Below, piece by piece: positions 53,175 through 64,000 of a DNA stretch of 64,000 bases. Source of the DNA: the human T2T-CHM13v2.0 reference genome, Homo sapiens. The notes beneath the pieces were generated by a model that worked only from the letters and a program-made list of their open reading frames with translations, was not told the origin of the DNA and made no database searches. The translations under genes were made by a program, and so were the position numbers. Where the stretch lies: NCBI RefSeq assembly GCF_009914755.1, contig NC_060926.1; one strand, written 5' to 3'. How positions within the stretch are numbered: position 1 is the stretch's first letter; each line of letters begins with the position of its first letter.

Positions 53175-53660
53175 ATGCAACTGATATTTTGATCTGGTCT
53201 TTTGTTATCCCTTTATTCCACTTTCAACTTTCAACCCATAAGATCATGTTCTCTCTTTTTCACGAATTTAGATTCTGGTTGTCTTATGCCTTCTCCTAAA
53301 CCATAAAATTAAATTTTGGTTTTTCTCTCTTCAGACTTATAAGTTAAATGCTAAAATGGCTTATTGAAGCCAAAACAGTAGCCAGGGACATTAATCAGAA
53401 TAGTATAATTACCACAAAGGTTTCAAATAATGCCTTCGTGCTTGTTTTTAGAGATTCATAGAAGGGTAATTGCTTTGATCTTTTTTATCTTCAACTCAAG
53501 TATTTACTTTTATGTCCTCACCCTTAACTCGGCATATGGTTCACAAGAATTTTCTTTTACAATTGGTAAGTGCATGCTGTCTATGTTTGACAGTCCATTT
53601 TTACAGGGAATAGGAATTTGTTTTTAATGTTGTTCTCCTCCCTCAACTGACCCAGAACAC

Positions 53661-54467
<807 letters not shown>

Positions 54468-54849
54468 AACATCTAGTCTGTGTGTCTCTGAGGTGAGATT
54501 TTTCTACAGTGCTGTTTTTTATTAAAATTATATAGTGTTACACAGATCAATAATGCTTTTAAAATTAGCCAACAGATAATTATTAATGTCTATTAGGCAT
54601 GGAGTATCTCTATTGGAATATAAAAATTAGTAAAATGCAGTTTTTCCCTCAAGGTGTTCACAATTCTGTGCAACAGTTCTCACCCCTTTTCTATTTGTAT
54701 TCAGACATAACATGGGTGTTATTAATAAACACAATATGTCAGTAGGGCAGTAGTCATCTTTTTGTGATATTCATGTGCACAAAAGTTGTACCTACCTTTA
54801 GGTAATATTCCTGTTTTGGTGACTATAATTCCACCAACTTTATCGCTCA

Positions 54850-55283
<434 letters not shown>

Positions 55284-55300
55284 TTAGATGGATAAAATCA

Positions 55301-55483
<183 letters not shown>

Positions 55484-55849
55484 TCACTGGAAATGGGAGG
55501 AGAAAATGGAGAGTAAATAAAATCAGATCAACAGATGATTCAATCTTTAGACTGCCCTAGAGTAAAGGCTGGGATGAAGGCGGGCAACCAGCCTGTCTGT
55601 CTGCCTTCTGTGTGTGCTTTTAAGACGAGACCTGCCAATGAACATGCTTTATCATGTCAACCACCTAATTCAGTGGAGAGTTTATTTCAGGAAAGACCCA
55701 TATATTGGCAGGAACAACTGAAGCTATTTGTTGTTAATCAACTGAATAAGAATATGAATATACTCATTCATTTATATTCAGGAATATGAATGGACAGCCG
55801 CTACTCACCAGACAATATATGGAAAACAACAAGTCAAAGATAAGGACAG

Positions 55850-57710
55850 TGTAGAATTGACAAGACAGTCTTGAAGAATAGCAAAGCTTACCTTAACAGA
55901 TATGTATAAAGGTATAGAAACTGATTCAGTGTAATTTTGGCACAAGAACAGAACAATGGAGTAGAATAGAAATTATAGCAATAGCCCCTCACAGATATAA
56001 TCATTTGGCTTACATCATATTTGGTATTGCTGGTCAATTCAATATCTATATAGAAAAAAATTTAATATCCCTACCTCACACTATATACAAAAATCAGTGC
56101 TAGACAGATTATAGATCTAAAGGTAAATTAATAACAAAACAAGCAAAAAACAATGAGAGACAATGTATAAGACTATCTTCATAACTTTGGTGTTAGGCTT
56201 GTTTCTAAAACAGAACACAAAAAGTGATAGCCATGGGAAAAATTTTGATAAATTGGGTTATGTGCAATAAAGAACTTCTGTTCATTAAAAGACTGAAAAG
56301 AAAAGCCATAGATTCTATGAAGAAATTTTAACACATCTGTCTGACAAAGGATAGTGTACAGGATACATAAATAACTCCTAAAAGTCATAAGAGGAAAGCA
56401 TCCTGCTCAATAGAAAAATAGGAAAGAACCCTAACAGGCACTTCATAAAATGGCCAGTAGATTTATATAAAGGTGTTCAACTTCATTAATCGTGACAGAA
56501 AAGCACATTAAAACCACATTGCAAATTTCAGCAACAAAATAAACAATGTAGTATTTGTTTATAACCCAACATATAAAGTAAATTTGCATGAGCCCATACT
56601 GATATAAGTGATTGTTTGAGTAAATAAAACTAGTAGTGCTTAGAGGTAAGGGTAGGAGTTGACAAATCTTTCTAGTAGAATTCCAAATAATATATATAGA
56701 TAGTACTTTCACCTTGAGTATGGGATGAACTTGATGACTTACTTCCAAAGAATAGGATACTGAAAAAGAAAATGAGTGAATCCACAGTAGAGAAACCTGG
56801 CAAGCACTGTTTGAACCAAGTGATCAAGATTATTATCTCCAGGCATAATTCAGCTGATACCATGTAGTCTGAAAATGATGTGATGAGCAGGGCATTTCAC
56901 CTCAATGGTATTCTTCCTCCAAATCCATACCCCCAGGTTAATCATGAGAAGAACATCAAACAAGCCTAAATTGAGGAACATTTTACAAAATACCTGACAA
57001 GTCCTCTTCACAAAGTCAAGGTCATGAACAACAAGGAAAGATTGAAAAACTGTTCCAGACCAGAAGAGACTGAGAAGACTTGATGACTAAATACAGTATG
57101 GTATCCTAAACTGGATCCTGGAACAGAAAAGGTCATTCGTGGAAAAGCTGGTGAAATCCAAAGGAAATCTGTAGCCTTGTTAATAGTAATGTATAAATGT
57201 TAAATTAGTTTTGACATACATACCATAGTTACATAAGATGTTAACATAGGGGAAACTCGATTCTTTTTATACTATCTTTGCAAGTTATAAATTAATTCAA
57301 AAGGAAAAGTTGGTTAATACAAGGCCACTATAAATTCATCAGAAATTACTAAAATGAAAGAATACCAGCTCTTGGTGAGCCTGTGAAGTAACTAAACCTC
57401 ATACATTGTTGGAAAACTGTTTGAGTATCCACTGAAATTGAAACTGTACATGTCCTATGACTCTGCCATTTCAGTCCTAGGTAACCTAGGTAATTCTCAA
57501 CAGAAACGAGCGTGTATATTCACTGAAAAAAAAATAGAACAGCATCCCTATTCATATCAATCTCAAATTGGAAACAACCTAAATGTCCATCTTTGGTAAA
57601 ATAATAAACTGTGGTGTATGCATACAATGGAATACTTTACAACAGTGAGATTAAACTATTACAATAGCAATAGCAAGAAAAACCCTTAGAATAATTTCAT
57701 AAAATAGAAG
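55850..57710 (+). mobile_element. Old L1M ORF2/3' region with a nested L1MC4-like 3' end (about 56520-57310)
   Basis: ccctacctcacactatatacaaaaatca...tcaacttcattaatc; cacagtagagaaacctggcaagcac...ttgaaccaagtgatcaag; ggaaacaacctaaatgtccatc. Confidence 0.8.
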
Positions 57711-57819
57711 GTGTAAGGAGTTAATTCCCTCTTTCCCAGTGGGGCAATATACATCTGCCTTAAGTTGGTGGGCCAAGCATATGTGGCTATAAAAAAATTA
57801 AAATGACAATCTAAAATTC

Positions 57820-58145
57820 ATGCATTAAGCAAATATTTATTGGACACTTAACTATCTACCAGGCACTTTTGTAGGTGCTGGGAATGTAGCAGTAAACAAC
57901 AAAAAGATTAAAACTTTCTATTCTCATTTAGTTTATACACTAGTGTGAGAAGACAGTAACCATAATAAATGAGATTTTTATATAGTATGTTAGAAACTGA
58001 TAAAAAGTTTTGGGAGAACACTAAAACATGGTCAGGAGAGTAGGGTGTCTGATGACAAGAACGAGGAGTCTAATGTTAAACAGGGTGGCATTTGAGGAAA
58101 ACTGGAAGGGAGTTGGGGAGTGAGTAGTGCAGATTGGTTAGAGGA
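57820..58145 (-). mobile_element. L2 3' end
   Basis: caaatatttattggacac...ccaggcacttttgtaggtgctgggaatgtagcagtaaacaa. Confidence 0.8.
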
Positions 58146-59822
58146 GAGAGGAAGGGAATTTTGAGAAAAATTCTTCATCTTTTTTAGCAGGGAGTCTATC
58201 AATGCTATTTAAAGTTCAAAAAAATCAAGACATTGTGTGTGTGTATGTACACACACACATATATATGTATATAAATCTTGGAGTTATGTAACCACCAAAA
58301 AAGTCAAAAATAGAAGTGCTACAAAAAGACAACTTCTGGTAAGTTGAGCCTGTCAGTGAAAGGGAGACTTTTATTTTTTATTTTTATATTTCCTTCCTTC
58401 TGCAAGGTTTGAATTGTTTTGAAAATCACATTTTAAATGGTCACATTAGGACACAAGTAGGCCAGGAAGGAGTGACATTATTAGGTAGAGAACCTTGAAA
58501 CCACTGTAATTATATCTTGAAAAGATAAATCGTTTGCACAATTTAGTGCTTATTATTGATGAGGAATTTCTTGTAAGATTGCTGTCAGCTGCTTCAAGGA
58601 GCTACTCACCCTGTTTTCTCCAACTCACAGACGACCAAGTTCTGTGGATCAGGCATGGGTGTGGCCTAGACCAGCTCAGAGCACAGCTGCGAAGTCTCCC
58701 CAGATCCTCCCCAAGTTAAGCACACAAGTACAGGGGCTTGGCCACATGCTGCAGCCACCAGTTCACACTGATTCTGATAGCTCTCTTTCTTGCCCCACTA
58801 ATCCACATAACAATATGTTGTCCATATTGCTTTGCAGCATCGTGAAAGTGCTGACTCATGTTTCACACCAGTACCAACTCACTCTAACACTCACAATCTT
58901 TCAGCTCAAGCTAAAAGATTTTAATTAGGTATATGGTGACACAAAACAAGTTTTCTAATTAAATTTTTGAAATGAGTAAGGAACTGTAACATTGCCCCTA
59001 GATAATGGATAAAAGTTCAGTATTAAATAGACTGCATGTACTCACGCTTAAATTGGTATAGATGTAAAAAAGAATTAGTCATTGTATCTGATAAAAAGTA
59101 ATCTATTTTATGAATTTGTAGTATACTCTGTAGAGCTTGTCTTTTTTGTCTGATTTTACTTGAGGGGAATATTTCAAATTGCATATATCTGAAAGGAGAA
59201 CGAATATAATTACCTAAATCTAGAACAACTAAAAATACTTCAGCTAAAGTATACAAATAATTGGAGTGCTTTTTGTCTTGGTTTTCTCGGATTATCTGGA
59301 TGATTGCCTCCATTTTCTACCTGATTTAGTGCTTTCTACCTGATTGAGTATTTTTCAGGAGGTTGTTACTGCTGTTTTCTTAGCTCGGTGACCTGAAGCA
59401 TTGATTCTGTGAACTGTTGGTATAGCCAATGCAGTTTGGGTTGTCCAACTGGTAATTGGGCCTGATAATTTGCAGACATTATGTAGGAGTTTCTTTATTT
59501 GGTAGTTTCATTCTCAAAAAAATTGGTGTTATTAAGCCTTGAGTAAATATAGTTGTTAACTCTGCATTGTGGTCCTAACCAACTTATAACAACTGACATT
59601 TATGAAGGTTCCAACCGAGGCTTTAATAAACAATGCATCCAAAAATGTAAGCATGGTGGCTGTGGGGGGAGTCGGGAGAGGAAGGGGGGAGGAGAGAAGT
59701 CAGTTTAAGGAAAGTTAGAAAAAAAAGACAACATTTGATATTAAATTTAATGTATTTAGTTGAGAATTAAGAGGAAACAGTTCAGCCTGTGTGGAGGAAA
59801 TCTTCATGCATTTTATTACCTG

Positions 59823-60364
59823 TGAAGGAGTTAAAAATATACCAACCTGCCATATTGACTATTGAAGTTAAAGGGCACTTGAAAAACACCAGGTGCAAAA
59901 AGATGACTCTGACCTTCGTTCCGTTTCTTAAAAGCAGAAGATGAAATTCCCATGTGAAAGATGCCCTCCATATACTTGCAAGACACAACATCCTTATCCT
60001 TAGGATCAGAAGTTGTAACCAAGAGAATTTAGTATAGACATTGTAAAATAACTCTTTTAAGCCTCTCCACATAACATAGTTGCATTTTCACAGCTTACTA
60101 TTATTTGTCCAATTCAGTATATAAGTAACTGACTCTAACCCCTTCTTTGGGTCTTCGTTTCCTTATGAGGGCTCCTGTGCATATAAAACTTGTATTGAAG
60201 TTGTATGTCAGTACCCGTCCCCTCCTCTGTATGGACCTTCCTTGTCGCCTCTCTAAAAAGAAAAAAAAATATGCATTTCTCCTGTTCATCTGTTTTATAT
60301 CTATCTAATTCTCAGATCCAGCCAAATACTAAGAGAATAGAGGTGGAGTTTTGCCTTCCCTGCA
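59823..60364 (+). mobile_element. MER34-family ERV1 solo LTR
   Basis: tgaaggagttaaaaatatacc...gtttcttaaaagcagaagatgaaattcccatgtgaaagatg...ttttgccttccctgca. Confidence 0.8.
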
Positions 60365-61371
60365 TCTATAAAACATCTAAATCAAAATTATATATATATT
60401 TAATATATGATAAAATTTTCACAGTAATTTCATGGTCAAATTAGCAAAAGAATTAATAAAATATACATTTCTCTTTAAAAGGTCTCAACTTACATTATTG
60501 GACAAATACTAGTAAATTGCTGTCTGTAATAGTCAAGATTTTTCAATCTTCTCAATAGTCAGTTGAGACTAATCAAAATAGTTTTTACGTGTAGTTTGGA
60601 TGTGGAAATGCTACCACTTTATCACTGAAATTGCTGGAGTTTCATATTGAAGGTGGAATGCACTTAAAATGGGGTAACACACAAGGGAAAATTTGGCAAA
60701 ATGATTTCATGGAGTTTCAGATTTAGGCCAGTGATAGCCAGGGCCCTTAGGAGAAGTAGATGTTTCCCTTTTGTATTTAATATGAATAACATTAATATTA
60801 AAATAAATGTATGTGTATTCCTTTGTATTCACAAAGGAATGTTATTGGATGTGTGAGTTGTCAGTTATTCTGGGAGATGTTTAATTCAGTAGCAGGAAAT
60901 GGAGCGGCCCTGGAATTTGTAGGAGGGGCTTTCTCCTCTTTGAGGAGCCAGATGTCATGGTTAGGAGGAGAAGGGCCATTTTTGCATTGCATGTGTGAGA
61001 CTGGAATCCCCATTTTCACCCACTTTAGGCACTTAGATATGGGATTAATGGTGCAGATCCATCAACTAAGAGCCCTGTGTGAATACCGAGCTTAAGTCTG
61101 GCAGAAGGAATGTGAAGCAGTCCTGGAATAATCATCAGGAAAGAATTACTGCTCACCTTTGTTCCACTGCCCACCCCCCCGCACCCCACCCCAGATGACT
61201 TCAAGGTATCTTAATTCAGCAAGTGTTCAAGCAAGTCATTCAGTACAGCCCCAGCTCTCACAAAATCTTCTCTACCACGTTTGGCACGTCTAATAATGAT
61301 TATAGGCATTGCTACAAATTCAATGGTAATATTGTAGGCTACCAGGTTAGAGACCTCTCTAACTTAGTCTG

Positions 61372-61507
61372 TCTCTTTCTCTTCTTTCCATTTCTCCTCC
61401 TTTTTCTTCCCCTTTTCCTTCCCCCACTTCTTTCCTTACATCCTCCTTCCTTCCCTCCTGCCTGTTTTTTCCCTCCCTTTAACTATCTCTCTCTACTTTC
61501 CTTCCTT
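61372..61507. repeat. CT-rich low-complexity polypyrimidine tract
   Basis: About 135 nt almost entirely C/T. Confidence 0.9.
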
Positions 61508-62082
61508 GAACAATTAAAGGAATGCATTAAAGCCCAAACAACAAAACTGATTAACTCTTAATGCTTATCTTTCTGAGGAATGATAATCTATATGAACTTG
61601 ACACCAAGACTAAAAGCTTAAGTGGTTGAGTGGATACTACCAATATCAAAGGGGAGAATGTCTTCTGTGGAAGATAAATATTTCAAAATTGGCTATATCA
61701 GAATGTGTGAGGCCATAAGCTCCAGGAAACATACAGTTCTAACACTTTTCTGGAAAAACAAAGAGGAGAAAATGTCATAATGTTTATGTTCTTGCCATGC
61801 ACCACACACATGAACGTGGCTGGAATTTGACCAAATGGACAGAGGGTCTTACTGAAACCGAACTGAGCATCTGCCGCCCTGACTTCTTCAGTGGCAGAGG
61901 GCCCACCTCAGCCACAGTTGTTATATGTGAAAAGCCACTGGAAAGAAGTGGAGACAATTGATGAAGCCCCGTGTACCAAGCTGGTTTCATATGGGGGGAA
62001 GATCTGGTGAGGGTTGGGGTGATGTGTACAGAATAGACAAAGGAGAAGGGGAGAAACATCTGGATTGTATTGAAAAAGGCTT

Positions 62083-62444
<362 letters not shown>

Positions 62445-63744
62445 TCATCTTTTGATTGGATCCCTTTACTTCACTTAGACCTGTGTGTCACCTTTGCTGA
62501 CTGCAAGGAAAGCTCAGGGCCTGCCAGTATGTAACCCAACAGTTGTATCAAAAGCACATAGGGCATAACAATATCCAAGTAAGTTTCTGAATTATCCTTC
62601 TTCAAAACATGTCTATACGACTATGAAGTGTTATCGACAGAGCATATCAACCCTAAACTGTGATTTGTCTCAGCAATGGCAGTTACTGATTTGTAATAAT
62701 CAGTACTTTACCTAGTTTAAATCATAATCTCTCCTTGAGCTCTTAAATCCACTTTTGTAATCCATCAAACTAAATGTAAATCCCTCAGATGGTGACATCC
62801 AACAACTAGTTATTGTCTTTAGCCAGTTTATATTTTTAACGTACGCAATTAATACTATATATGCCTGTTAGCATTCCAAGATGATTTTTAGATTTCACAG
62901 ATGAGGATTGTTCAGAGTTTCTCAGTCTTTTCTGTGAAGTTTAAAAAATCTCTTTGGCAAAAATTCCTAATGTGATAGCAGCTAGAAGAGTAATTTTCAT
63001 TGGAATGACCTTTTCGATGGGTAATTTGACAGACGCTTGATGGACAGCATTCTTCCATCTCTCAGCCCACCTTTTACGTCCTGCCATAAAACGCTGGAGC
63101 AAAATTTTACCTCAGCTGATAAGATTCTCAATAGTCATGTGTTGCATATCTCCCTCAGAGCAGTTCCTCAAATTTTGAAAGCTGTCTTTCTTTTTGAGGT
63201 ATTTTTCATTACCAGGAGAAAATGTTTCTTTTAGGGAGATATTCTAAAACAATAGCACAGGTACTGAACAAACTTCCCAAGTGTCTAAGGGACTCTCTCG
63301 TGTGGCTGTATAGTATTGGTTTGGTGTATTAAATGGCACTCTCATGTACTATAAGAGTTAACACAACTTCCAAAGGTGCCTTTCCTCACAATAAGAGAAC
63401 AGATTTGACTTTGGAAAAAAAATGTGACTATGAAGTACCCAGTTAAAATACCCTAAAAGAAAAAAATGAAAGCACTTACTGGTAAAATGAAGACAATCAA
63501 CTTGCAAATAAATGTGTTTTTAAGATGTGGCCCTGGGGTGACATGCAAATTCAAAAGACTAATATTTTCTCTGGGAATAAAACATTTTGGAAGATATTTT
63601 ATCTTGAATTCTGAAAATATTGCCAGAATAGAATGCTTGTTGATTGATAAAATATGTGCTTTCATGAAGAATATTTCTTATGGTATTACCTTTGTCAAAG
63701 AAAAGATTCTGTAGTTTGGGGAGATAAATTATAAAGATGATACA

Positions 63745-63902
63745 TACTTATTTGTGTATGTGTTTGTCTGTCTTCTCTTTCTAGAAGGTATGTTGATGAA
63801 CTCAGATCATCATCTCTTTTGTCCACTGTTGTATCTGTAGTCCCTGGCACAATGCCTGGTGTGTAGTGGTCAGTCAATAATTATTTGCTGAATGAATGCA
63901 TA
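63745..63902 (+). mobile_element. L2 3' end
   Basis: gtccactgttgtatctgtagtccctggcacaatgcctgg...atttgctgaatgaatg. Confidence 0.85.
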
Positions 63903-64000
63903 AACAAATCAAATTAACAAATTAAACTCTAGATTTTCATCTTCTTCAGAATTTTTTTTTTCAGTGTTCCAAGACTAAGGACTTTTCATTGTCTTTCAAG

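Overview
Primate (very probably human) AT-rich, CpG-depleted genomic DNA from inside the very large PARD3B (Par-3 family cell polarity regulator beta) gene, transcribed on the + strand. Only one coding exon is recognisable: a 172-nt internal exon at 41415-41586 (LIAVFEEQEPLHKIESPSGNPADRQSPDAFETEVAAQLAAFKPIGGEIEVTPSALKL-G, exon 3 of the canonical transcript as I recall it). The rest is intron containing Alu, L1, L2, MIR, LTR and DNA-transposon remnants and microsatellites; the other listed ORFs look spurious. Repeat subfamily names come from recalled consensus sequences, and boundaries of old repeats are approximate. I see no prokaryotic-type system (CRISPR, operon, RNA gene). The best leads are: (i) a cryptic two-exon module at 5.0-5.5 kb that has recursive-splice-site architecture, a Kozak ATG in frame with exon 3, and an 89-codon open frame across both exons; (ii) further AG|GT ratchet-like sites; (iii) a frame-preserving 24-nt microexon candidate just after exon 3; (iv) a perfect 16-bp palindrome built from two POU octamers; (v) short long-range duplications and a tiny poly(A)-tailed insert of unknown origin. 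All functional claims are unverified hypotheses.
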